Below, piece after piece: positions 10,583-21,462 of a stretch of DNA of 64,000 nt (its first letter is position 1; each line of letters starts with the position of its first letter). Below the pieces are notes generated by a model. It saw only the letters and a list, made by a program, of their open reading frames with translations, did not search any database and had not been told where the DNA came from. A program made the position numbers and the translations under genes. The stretch is from Anaeromyxobacteraceae bacterium (GTDB taxonomy: Bacteria; Myxococcota; Myxococcia; Myxococcales; Anaeromyxobacteraceae), in assembly GCA_047602405.1 (NCBI GenBank), contig JASGHJ010000002.1:2912001-2976000 (forward strand), read 5' to 3'.

Positions 10583-11401
10583 TCACTCCCCCTCTCCCCG
10601 CGGCTGCTCCGGGGGGAGAGGGGGCTCCTGGAGCACCAGGGCCTCCTCCACGATCTCCCGGAGTCGCGCCGCGAACCGCGCCGCGGGCGCGCCGTCGACC
10701 ACGTCGTGGTCGATCGACAGCGTGAGCGGCAGGATCTCCCGCGGCTCGACCCGCCCGTCCACCACCCACGGCCGCCACGCCACCGCGCCGACCGTGAGCG
10801 CGAGCGTGTGCAGCGGCACGATGCCGATCGCCCAGCCGCCGCCCGTGCCGAACATCCCGACGGAGGTGACGAGCGCGGTCCCGGCCGAGCGCTTCATGAG
10901 CCGCGGGCTCCGGCGCAGCGCGCGCAGGAAGGCCCGGCGCGCGACGCCGGGCACGAACCGCGACAGCCGCGCGAGCGCCCCCGAGCGCTGGGCGCTCGTG
11001 CGCGGCTCGGCCTGCACGCGGCGGAGCTCCTCGTGGAGCGCGAGCGCGGAGCGCCGGTTCGCGGCCCGGATCACGTGCGGGACCGCCACCCCGCCCCGCT
11101 CCGCCTCGACGAGCGTGACGACGTCGACGTCCTCGAAGAGGACGAGCCGCCCGCGCCAGTCGCGACAGGCGTGCAGGAGCCGGTCCGCGTCGATGGCGCG
11201 GGCGAGGCTCGCCACCAGGAACGCGGTGAAGGAGAGCTTCCCGCCGCCCGGCCCGCCGGTCGCGAGGCGCGCGCGCGCAGCGGTGACGTCGAGCTCCAGG
11301 ATCGCGTGGACGACGTGTCTGCGGACACCCACCTCGAGCGCGTCGACGACGTCGTGGCGGGAGCGCGGGAAGGGTCTCGTCTCGAAGCCGTCGGCCTGCA
11401 T
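10583..11401 (-). CDS. Stand-alone 2-oxoacid dehydrogenase E2-type acyltransferase catalytic domain
   Basis: TSVGMFG and LSIDHDVVDGAPAARF; no lipoyl or subunit-binding domain. Confidence 0.8.
   Translation of the reverse strand: MQADGFETRPFPRSRHDVVDALEVGVRRHVVHAILELDVTAARARLATGGPGGGKLSFTAFLVASLARAIDADRLLHACRDWRGRLVLFEDVDVVTLVEAERGGVAVPHVIRAANRRSALALHEELRRVQAEPRTSAQRSGALARLSRFVPGVARRAFLRALRRSPRLMKRSAGTALVTSVGMFGTGGGWAIGIVPLHTLALTVGAVAWRPWVVDGRVEPREILPLTLSIDHDVVDGAPAARFAARLREIVEEALVLQEPPLPPEQPRGEGE
10588..10624. repeat. GC-rich palindrome (CCCTCTCCC...GGGAGAGGG) at the junction of convergent genes
   Basis: CCCCCTCTCCCC-gcggctgctcc-GGGGGGAGAGGGGG, overlapping the last codons of the E2-like gene. 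Confidence 0.55.
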
Positions 11402-11481
11402 GCGCGCGGCAGGATACGAGACCGGACCGGCGCCGCCTTGCGGCGATACCGCCCACCCCGGGACTTGCCGCCGGGGTGGGA

Positions 11482-11531
11482 CCGTTCATCCCGAGCGTAG
11501 GCCCGCCTTCGGCGGGCCGGAGTCGAGGGAC
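11482..11531 (+). repeat. REP-like structured dispersed repeat, copy 1
   Basis: CCGTTCATCCCGAGCGTA-GGCCCGCC-ttc-GGCGGGCC-GGAGTCGAGGGAC; flanks shared with 15495-15544. Confidence 0.75.
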
Positions 11532-11589
11532 GACCCCCCGGAAGCGCAGAGTTGCGGGAGGGACCCAGGTGGGATATTCGCCTGGATCC

Positions 11590-13896
<2,307 letters not shown>

Positions 13897-13922
13897 GGTC
13901 GGCGCAGCCGCCCCGGCCCACG

Positions 13923-14528
13923 TCAGGCGTCCTCGAGGTAGCCCGAGAAGCTCGCGAGCACGTACCGCACCACGCCCGTGCCGGAGTTGACCACGACGTG
14001 GAAGACCACGTTCGTCCCGGGGTCGGCGCGCAGGTGCACCGCGCTGCCGACCGTGTGGATCTCTCCCGTCTGCGAGACCGGCACGAGCATGTGATCGATG
14101 GCGACGCCGGGGTACGGCGCGCCGCCGAGGTGCGAGCCGGCGTTGGCGACCTTCAGCGAGTACGACGCCGCCGCTCCCGCCGCGAGCATCACGTAGCCGG
14201 AGACGTGCTCGATGACGAGCCGCTTGCCCGCGGGCACCGTGTAGAGGGTCACGTCCGCGAACGGGGTGGCGCTGCATTCCTGGGTGCACGTGCTCTGCCC
14301 CTGCACGGGCTGGACGGCGGCCGCCGCGGTGCCGCCGCCCTCGACCTTGACGGTGCCCTGCACGGTCACCGGCACCGTGTTCTGCACCACGACCGGGACG
14401 GCGCGCGGGCCACCCCGGTGATCGCGATCGTCGGCCGCGGCGGGCACTGCGGAGAGGGACAGCGCGAGGCCAGCGGCGGCGAGGCGCGAGAGGGAAACGG
14501 AGCGGAACGGGGTCACGGGAGCCTCCAC
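13923..14528 (-). CDS. Secreted hypothetical beta-rich protein
   Basis: Signal peptide; YTVPAGKRLVIEHVS; ends SFSGYLED; host codon usage. Confidence 0.65.
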   Translation of the reverse strand: MEAPVTPFRSVSLSRLAAAGLALSLSAVPAAADDRDHRGGPRAVPVVVQNTVPVTVQGTVKVEGGGTAAAAVQPVQGQSTCTQECSATPFADVTLYTVPAGKRLVIEHVSGYVMLAAGAAASYSLKVANAGSHLGGAPYPGVAIDHMLVPVSQTGEIHTVGSAVHLRADPGTNVVFHVVVNSGTGVVRYVLASFSGYLEDA

Positions 14529-14684
14529 GACCAGGGGGAGGGCGAGGTCGCCCCCGTGAATGATCGCGAGAACCGGGCTCGATGCGCCTCACGCTCGGTT
14601 GGGGCGCACCCGGCCGAGCCGCGGGAGTAAGCTCCGCTGGCCGGGGCGACCCCAGGATGGGGTCCTCGCCCCGAGGGAGGCACC

Positions 14685-15338
14685 ATGACGGAGTCGGCAC
14701 GTCAGGCGCTCGTGGGGCTCAGGGACTGGACCACGCTGCAGTGGTACGTGGTGCCGCTCCTCATCGTGCTCCTGCTGGTCTACGCAACCGAGCTGCGCGA
14801 GGCGCGGCGGACGGGCAACTGGGACTGCGTCGTCGCGGGGCTCGCGCTCTTCTCGGCGGACTTCGTCAACGAGACCGTCAACGGGTGGATCCTCGCGCTC
14901 TCCGGCTACAGCGCGCTCTGGCTCGCGCCGGGCCCCACGGCGCTGCGCACGCTGGTCGGCTGGAACCTCGAGATCATGTTCATGTTCGCGCTCGCCGGGA
15001 TCGTGTGGTGGAAGTGCCTGGGGCCCGACCCGCGCGCCCGCATCCTCGGCGTGCCCGACCGCTGGTTCTGGGCGATCGCGATGTCGGCGTTCGCGGTCCT
15101 GGTCGAGAACGCGCTGAACTCCGGGAAGCTCCTGATGTGGGACTACGCCTGGTGGAACCGCGGCCTCGTGGGCGGGATCCCGATCTTCCTCTTCGGGTAC
15201 CTGTGGTTCTTCGTGGCCGCGAAGTACGCGATCGAGCGCCCCACCCTGAAGGCGAAGTTCATGGTCCCGGCCGTGCTCGGCGGCCTCGCGGTCGTCGGAA
15301 ACGTGGTGGGGCTGGGCATCCTGGGGTTCAGGTACTGA
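14685..15338 (+). CDS. Hypothetical polytopic membrane protein
   Basis: Strong RBS (GGAGG), about 6 hydrophobic segments, Trp-rich. Confidence 0.75.
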   Translation: MTESARQALVGLRDWTTLQWYVVPLLIVLLLVYATELREARRTGNWDCVVAGLALFSADFVNETVNGWILALSGYSALWLAPGPTALRTLVGWNLEIMFMFALAGIVWWKCLGPDPRARILGVPDRWFWAIAMSAFAVLVENALNSGKLLMWDYAWWNRGLVGGIPIFLFGYLWFFVAAKYAIERPTLKAKFMVPAVLGGLAVVGNVVGLGILGFRY

Positions 15339-15382
15339 CCGCGGGCGGCGGGCCGGCGCAGACGTCTGCGTCCAACCCTCCC

Positions 15383-15505
15383 CCGTCCGTCCCTCTCCCC
15401 CCCGTCCGTCCCTCTCCCCCCCGCCCGTCCCTCTCCCCCCGCCCGTCCCACTCCCCCCGCCCATCCCACTCCCCCCCCCGTCCCTCTCCCACCCCCGTCC
15501 GTCCC
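15383..15505 (+). repeat. C-rich tandem array, 6-7 units of ~18-19 bp (CCGYCCRTCCCWCTCCCC)
   Basis: Units start at about 15383, 15402, 15421, 15439, 15457, 15475 and 15495; the last one runs into the REP-like element. Confidence 0.85.
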
Positions 15506-15544
15506 GAGCGTAGCCCCCGCGCAGCGGGGGCGGAGACGAGGGAC
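15495..15544 (+). repeat. REP-like structured dispersed repeat, copy 2
   Basis: CCGTCCGTCCCGAGCGTA-GCCCCCGC-gca-GCGGGGGC-GGAGACGAGGGAC. Confidence 0.75.
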
Positions 15545-15598
15545 CGGGGCCCGGGACTCAGATCCGCCCTGAGCCCCAGCAGGATCCTGCGATCTCAC

Positions 15599-15620
15599 TG
15601 TCAGACCGGGGTGGCAGGAT
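15599..15620 (+). promoter_or_regulatory. Putative PafBC/RecA-NDp-like promoter of the HNH gene
   Basis: TGTCAG-N10-CAGGAT, 7 nt before the ATG; the actinobacterial consensus is TGTCGG-N10-TA-N3-T. Confidence 0.45.
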
Positions 15621-15627
15621 CGCGGGC

Positions 15628-17472
15628 ATGGACGCGTGCGCGGCCAGCGAGATCGTCGGCGGAGTGCCTCCGGAGCTCGTGCCTCCGGAGCTCGCCCCGG
15701 CGGCTGCCTCGAACGACGCCGTCTCCGCGCAGGCCGCGAGCGGCATCACGCACCGCGACCCGCTCGGCGACCGCTGGGATCTCCGCGCGCCGCGGTGGGA
15801 TCTCCCGACCTTCACGCTGTTCGAGCTGCGCGAGCTCTGGCTGCGCGGCGACGGCGGCCTCGAGAAGTACGAACGCGCTCTCGCCCAGGGCGCTCGCATG
15901 CTGCGGGCCCTGCAGGTCAGCCGCGCCGCGGTGCTCGCCAAGTTCACGGAGGGTGACCGGCTCGCCCGGCTGGGCTTCTCGAGCCTCGGGGACTTCACCG
16001 AGAACCTCCTCGGCACCCGCCGGCGCGCCGCGCAGGTGGAGGTCCAGCTCTCGAAGGCGCTGCGGGAGCGGCCGCTCCTCAGGGCCGCGGTGCACGCCGG
16101 CACGGTGAGCCCGTCGGCGGCGCTCGCGGTCCTGCCGGTCACCCCCGGGGACGACGAGGCGCGCTGGGTCGAGCGCGCGGCCGAGCTGCCGGTCCGCAGG
16201 CTCAAGCAGGAGGTGAAGCGGGCGCTGAAGGAGCGGAAGGCGCTGCCGGGGCCCGACGCGGCGGAGGAGAAGAGGGAGGAGGACGAGGCGCCCTGGGTGC
16301 ACCTCGACGTGCCGATCTCGGATCGGGCCAGCGAGCGGCTCCACAAGGCCCTCGCCCTCGCCGGCGAGCTCGTCGAGAGCCCGCACCGGTTCGTCCAGCT
16401 CGAGGCGCTCGGGCAGGAGTTCCTCTCCGAGCACCCGGGCGACGAGTGGGACGTGAAGGGCGCGGAGCTCGCCCTCGATCGAAAGCTGCATCCCCTCGAC
16501 GTCCCGACGAAGCGGAACGCCGCGGAGGCGAAGCTCGAGTCCGAGACCTCTTCCTGGGAGTTCCTCGACCCCGTCGTCCCGGTGCCTTCGGTCGAGCTCG
16601 ACCCGCTCGACGCTGCCACCGACGACGACCTCTACGGCACGGCGCTCGGCCTCTCCCTGGAGATCAAGAGCTGGGAGGACCTCATCGGCTTCTGCTCGGC
16701 GGTCGTGAAGGGCGCCCGGCTCCACAAGGAGGCCGGCTTCGTCGACTTCCGTCACTACGCGACCGAGCGGCTCGGCGTCCCGGCCCGCACCATCGAGACC
16801 CGCGCCGCGCTCGAGAAGCACCTCTGGGAGAAGCCCGAGCTCAAGGTCGCCAAGGAGATGGGCCTCAGCTACTCGAAGCTGCTCCTCCTGAAGGAGGTCC
16901 CGCAGGACCAGATCCTGGAATTCGCGAAGCGGGCCGAGACCCTGACGGTGGTCGAGCTCAAGGAGGCCGTCCAGGCGCGGACCGACGCGCATATGTCTGC
17001 GTCGAAGCGGTTCCGGGTGTGGGTCCCCCGCCGGGTCGCCCTGCTGCTCCACCAGGCGTTCCTGGCCTCGTTGGCGCTTCCGGTTCCGCCGGAGGAGGCG
17101 GAGACCCCCCAATCCAGCACCCTGGACGGCGCCTTTCTCGGGAAGCTCGCGGACCACTTCATCGCGGTCTGGGGCGGCGACGTGATGGAGCCGAAGACGG
17201 TCTCCCAGAAGCAGCGCGCGAAGTACCCGCGCTGCTGCTTCCCCGGCTGCAGCCGCCGCAGCGACCACGGCCACCACATCGAGTTCCGCAGCCACGGCGG
17301 CTCGGAGGACGCCTGGAACCGCATGCCGCTCTGCGCCTTCCACCACCACGTCGTCGTCCACGGCGGCCACGCCACCATCACCGGCATCTTCCCCGACGCC
17401 GTCGAGTTCCGCGTGAACGGCGTCGTCTGGAAGGACGCGAAGTTCGGGCGAACGCGCGCGGAGCGGGTGTAG
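15628..17472 (+). CDS. Large HNH endonuclease (DUF222/13E12-like architecture)
   Basis: C-terminal CCFPGC...HHIEFRSHGGS...N...LCAFHH...H; helical N-terminal region with a duplicated GF-x5-[FY]-x-E-x-LG motif. Confidence 0.85.
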   Translation: MDACAASEIVGGVPPELVPPELAPAAASNDAVSAQAASGITHRDPLGDRWDLRAPRWDLPTFTLFELRELWLRGDGGLEKYERALAQGARMLRALQVSRAAVLAKFTEGDRLARLGFSSLGDFTENLLGTRRRAAQVEVQLSKALRERPLLRAAVHAGTVSPSAALAVLPVTPGDDEARWVERAAELPVRRLKQEVKRALKERKALPGPDAAEEKREEDEAPWVHLDVPISDRASERLHKALALAGELVESPHRFVQLEALGQEFLSEHPGDEWDVKGAELALDRKLHPLDVPTKRNAAEAKLESETSSWEFLDPVVPVPSVELDPLDAATDDDLYGTALGLSLEIKSWEDLIGFCSAVVKGARLHKEAGFVDFRHYATERLGVPARTIETRAALEKHLWEKPELKVAKEMGLSYSKLLLLKEVPQDQILEFAKRAETLTVVELKEAVQARTDAHMSASKRFRVWVPRRVALLLHQAFLASLALPVPPEEAETPQSSTLDGAFLGKLADHFIAVWGGDVMEPKTVSQKQRAKYPRCCFPGCSRRSDHGHHIEFRSHGGSEDAWNRMPLCAFHHHVVVHGGHATITGIFPDAVEFRVNGVVWKDAKFGRTRAERV

Positions 17473-17492
17473 CGACGTCCGACCGCCCGCCG

Positions 17493-17816
17493 CTACGAGA
17501 CGACCGCCACCGGCCCGAGCATCGCGGTCATGAACCGCGTCGCGTCCTCGAGCATGTGCTCCGAGAACGCGAGGCCGGCGCGGTACGGCGGGTCGCGCGT
17601 GGACCAGGCGATGTTGGCCATCCCGGCCACCTCGAACGGCACGATCTCGGACCGGAGGCGCACGCGCACCATCGTGTCGCGCGGGATGGGCATGAGGAGC
17701 TGCACGCGGCAACCGCCCGCGCCGAGGTCGTCCGCCTGGCAGGTCTGCAGCTGCCCCTGCACCGACAGCTCGACGGCGAAGGCGGCCTGGTAACGGCGAA
17801 AACGTCTCGGCTCCAC
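17493..17816 (-). CDS. Single-domain PilZ protein
   Basis: RRFRR (RxxxR), DLGAGG (DxSxxG-like), AGLAF; GTG start at 17816. Confidence 0.8.
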   Translation of the reverse strand: MEPRRFRRYQAAFAVELSVQGQLQTCQADDLGAGGCRVQLLMPIPRDTMVRVRLRSEIVPFEVAGMANIAWSTRDPPYRAGLAFSEHMLEDATRFMTAMLGPVAVVS

Positions 17817-17944
17817 GGATCCCCCGGCGAGCCTTATAGCCCACCCTGCCTGGCCCCGGAGCCCCGCGTCCGCGGGGCCTCGAAGGCTCCGGGACCATGG
17901 CCGACCGCGGGGGGCTCCGGAGGGCGGACTGCCTCGACGACCCG

Positions 17945-19246
17945 CTACAGGAACGCGAGCCGGCCGTAGTCCGAGCCCAGGCTCTGGTTCGTCATGGCGG
18001 ACGACTGCCCGAGCCACCGGTCGAGGATGGTGGCGTACACCGACCGGAAGTCGAGCGTCATCACCATGTTCTTGTTCGCATCCGGCTTGGCGAGGTCCGG
18101 GTAGGTCCCGTACATGCCGCCGGTCACGGAGCGACCGACGCAGAACGCCAGGCCGGCCGTGCCGTGGTCGGTCCCGCCGTCGTTCTCGGGGATGCGCCGG
18201 CCGAACTCGCTGTAGGCGAAGATCATCGTGCGCGCCTGGGCGTTGCCGTCGGGCGTCTCGATGCTCGCGAGGTCCTCGTAGAACGACCGGATCGCGCCGC
18301 CGAGCTGCCGCATCAGCTGCGGGTGATCGCGGAGCTGGTTGGAGTGGGTGTCCCAGCCTCCGATCCGGGCGAAGAAGACCTCCGTGCCGAGGTTCGCCGC
18401 GATCATCTGCGCGATCAGCTTGAGGCGGCCGGCGAGGCCGCCCGACACGCCGGCGATCCGGTAGCCCTGATCGCCGGGGTAGAGCACCTGCGGGGTGCGA
18501 ACCGGCAGCGAGCCGTCCGCACCGAACCGGTTCTGCGCCTCGTAGAACAGGTTCCCGGTGGACTTCGCCGCGTCGTAGCTCGGCGAGCCGGCCTGCGCCG
18601 CCGTCACGGCCGCCAGCCACTGCTGCTCGAGCACGTCGGGCTGGAAGGTGCTCCCGAGGCGGCCACCCCGGAGGCGCGAGGGATAGACGAACCCGGACGC
18701 CCCGGAGATCGAGACGAAGCTCTTGTCTGCGCCGCGGAACATGAGCGGCACGTCCCCGGTCACCGTGATGCCGCGGAGCGCGTCGTTGGCGCTGAACGCG
18801 GTGTCGGCGTAGCGCCCGAGCCAGCCGGTGTTGTCCGGCTGCGCGCGCCCCTGGCCCCAGAGGTCGTTCGCCTCGAAGTGCGAGAGGTTCGGCTTCGGCA
18901 TGCCGATGCCGGGGAACCAGGCCACGCGGCCGCGCGCGTGCAGATCGGCGAAGCCCGTCAGGTCGTCGTGGATGCCTGCGTCCTGGTCCCCGAGGTCGTA
19001 CGCCTGGCTCGTGAGGATCTTGAGGTTGGGGCGCGCCGCCTCGTACGCCGCGCGGTTCGCGCCCTTCATCGGGATCATCATGTTGAGCCAGTCGTTCCCG
19101 CCGTCGATGAAGACGACGACGAGGATCGGCTTCGCGGGGATCGGGAGCGCCGGCTCGCGCTCGACCCGCGTGGCGCTGCAGCCCGCGGCAGCGGCGAGGC
19201 CCGCCGCCCCCACACCCTGGATGAACTCGCGTCGAGTGATGGCCAT
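17945..19246 (-). CDS. DUF1501-family protein with twin-arginine (lipo)signal peptide
   Basis: TRREFI Tat motif and AAGC lipobox; GGNDWLN, SHF, GGWDTH, SEFGRR, GTDHG, DFRSVY. Confidence 0.88.
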   Translation of the reverse strand: MAITRREFIQGVGAAGLAAAAGCSATRVEREPALPIPAKPILVVVFIDGGNDWLNMMIPMKGANRAAYEAARPNLKILTSQAYDLGDQDAGIHDDLTGFADLHARGRVAWFPGIGMPKPNLSHFEANDLWGQGRAQPDNTGWLGRYADTAFSANDALRGITVTGDVPLMFRGADKSFVSISGASGFVYPSRLRGGRLGSTFQPDVLEQQWLAAVTAAQAGSPSYDAAKSTGNLFYEAQNRFGADGSLPVRTPQVLYPGDQGYRIAGVSGGLAGRLKLIAQMIAANLGTEVFFARIGGWDTHSNQLRDHPQLMRQLGGAIRSFYEDLASIETPDGNAQARTMIFAYSEFGRRIPENDGGTDHGTAGLAFCVGRSVTGGMYGTYPDLAKPDANKNMVMTLDFRSVYATILDRWLGQSSAMTNQSLGSDYGRLAFL

Positions 19247-19256
19247 GGCGGTCTCC

Positions 19257-20889
19257 CTAGTAGAGCTGCCCGCCAGGCGAGCAGAGGATGAGGAAGGCGA
19301 GGCGCCGCGCGGAGGCCTTGTCGGCGTCGTTCCAGTTGCCCCAGGCGCCCGGCCAGAGCGCGGACAGCCAGCTCGCGGCGACGGCCGACGGGATGAGGCC
19401 CGGCTGGAGCAGCGCCTTCAGCCGGTCGTAGACCTGGCTCGGCGAGGTCGGGGGCGTGGGGAACCAGGCGTCCGGGCTCGAGGGGAAGAGGGTCACCGGC
19501 GTGCCGTTCTGGTCAGCGGTCTCGGCGAGCGCCACCGCCGCGGCGAGCTTCGTCCGGTAGCGATAGGTGTTCGAGCTCAGCCAGGCGACGTCCTCCTTCC
19601 AGCCGTTCGGGCCGTTGGGATCGAGGAGCCGCATGCCCATGTCGTCGAAGTAGGGCGTGGCGAGCACCCAGGACGGGAAGCGCCCCGCCGCCGCGGTGGC
19701 GCCGGCGAGGTCGTAGCCCAGGAGCCGTGCGGCACGGACCGCCCAGGAGACGGGTCCCTCGACCAGGCCGAGCTGGTTCGCGTAGAAGTAGTTCGACTTG
19801 AGCAACAGCTTCATGATCGCCCGCATGTCGTAGCCGGCCGTGTAGATGAGCCCCGCGAGGTCGTCGACGTCCGCCTGCGTGAACTGCGTCGTGACGAAGT
19901 GCCGGAGGAGGCGAGCCGCGAGGAACCGGGCGGACTGCTTGATCGTCGCCTCGGTCGGCTTCGAGAGGATCGCGCGGATCAGCTCCTCGCCCTTCTCCAT
20001 GCCGGCGGGCGGCACCTCCGCCTGGAAGCTCCCGCCCAGGAAGGTCAGGCTCGGGGCGGTCCCGGGGTTCCGGCGCATGTTGGGGAGGTTCGCCTGGTTC
20101 TCGCCGCCGAGGTCCCAGCGAAGGTGGCCCGCCGGCGTGGCACGGCCGTCGTAGACCGCGAACGTCCCCTTCGCGATCCGGCGGTTGTTGGTGTTGCCCG
20201 GCTCCGCCGAGACGTCCGCCGGGTCCACCGTGAAGCTCCAGCCCGCCAGGGCGACCGCCAGCTCCGAGATGTCGGGCTGGTTGTAGATGGTGTCCACGCC
20301 CACCGAGTACAGCTCGAGCACCTCGCGGGCGTAGTTCTCGTTGGGCACGCGCGTACCGCTCGCGTTGTTGCGGACCGAGTCCAGCCGAGATCGCCATGGC
20401 CGGGTCCTTCGAGACGGCCACGAGGAGATCGCCGAACGGATCCAGCCCGCGGGCGCCCAGCATGTCCCACTGGTTCACCATGAGGGCGACGTTGTCGACC
20501 TTGTGCTGGCCGGTGGCGAAGAGGTTGTGCCAGAAGAGCGCCATCCGCTCGCGGAACGGGTACGCGGTGTACTGCATGCGGAAGGCGATGAACGCCTGGG
20601 CGCGCTCCAGGTCGTTGCGCCACGCGTGCGCGACGCCGCCCACGCGGTAGGGGTGAGGCCCGGTGTCGGTGTCGTCCTCGCGGATGGGATCCGCCACGGC
20701 GAGCGCGTTCGCCGGGATGTCGGCGGCCCCGGTGCCGTCCACCCAGGCATCCACGAGCGCGGCGGTCGAGCCGAACGTCCCCAGGTAGGCGTCGGCCTGC
20801 TCCGGCGTCATGCCGAAGCCCGCGCGACGGGCCAGGTGCAACACCTCGTCGCGGGTCCACGCGGTGCTCTTCGGGTTCAGATCGGCCAT
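19257..20889 (-). CDS. DUF1800-family protein; frameshift ~20387
   Basis: HLARRAGFG, ERMALFWHNLF, DPAM(AIWLD), PNENYAREVLELYSVG, PNGW; canonical pairing with DUF1501. Confidence 0.88.
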
Positions 20890-20920
20890 GCGCGATCCTC
20901 CTCGTGCGTCGAAGCTTCGG

Positions 20921-21430
20921 TCAGCGGGGTGCGCCCTGCTCGATCCACGCGCCCAGCGTGTCGATCGTGGCCGGGCAGAGCGGACTCGTTCCCGTCGGCA
21001 TGCGACCGCCGTAGCTCGCCTCGTCGGCCGGCTCGTTCGTCACCTTGAAGTAGATCCAGGACTTCGAGGTGTCGAAGGGCTTGATGAGGAGGTAGCCGGG
21101 CGGTGAGCCGGAGGGGGCCACGTCGACGATGTCGTCGTAGACGTCGTCCGCGGTGCGGCCCGCGTGCGTCGCCCACTCGATCTTGCCCTTCGGCAACACC
21201 CCGCCGGACGGAGGGCCGTGACACGTCGTGGACTTGGAGCCGCAGCTCGACTGCATGGCGGGGAGGATGTGCGCCGCGAAGGTCGGGTTCGGAATCCCCC
21301 CCGGCGCCGCGGGCCCCGCGAGGATGGGGCACGTGAACTCGGGTGTCTGCGCGCCGGACCCGGAGTCGGATGGCGAGCAGGCGGCCAGCGAGAGGGACGC
21401 GGCGAGGGCCAGGCGTGAAAGCGCGTTCAT
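20921..21430 (-). CDS. Lipoprotein resembling planctomycete-type cytochrome c, atypical CX6CH motif
   Basis: LAAC lipobox; F...I.P....CGSKSTTCH...KS....K...RMP...WIEQGA. Confidence 0.65.
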   Translation of the reverse strand: MNALSRLALAASLSLAACSPSDSGSGAQTPEFTCPILAGPAAPGGIPNPTFAAHILPAMQSSCGSKSTTCHGPPSGGVLPKGKIEWATHAGRTADDVYDDIVDVAPSGSPPGYLLIKPFDTSKSWIYFKVTNEPADEASYGGRMPTGTSPLCPATIDTLGAWIEQGAPR

Positions 21431-21448
21431 CGGATGGTCTGGGTGCGA

Positions 21449-21462
21449 TTGATCCGTATCAC
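21449..21462. promoter_or_regulatory. FNR/CRP-family-like box upstream of the cytochrome-DUF1800-DUF1501 operon
   Basis: TTGAT-ccgt-ATCAC, 9/10 match to TTGAT-N4-ATCAA. Confidence 0.45.

Noticed and set aside
15383..15505. CRISPR array next to an HNH nuclease
   Set aside because: Units are contiguous low-complexity repeats with no unique spacers; no cas genes or RuvC motifs were seen.
17854..17921. Nested inverted repeats between DUF1501 and PilZ as an ncRNA
   Set aside because: Adequately explained as a GC-rich terminator or stabilising hairpin; no other support.
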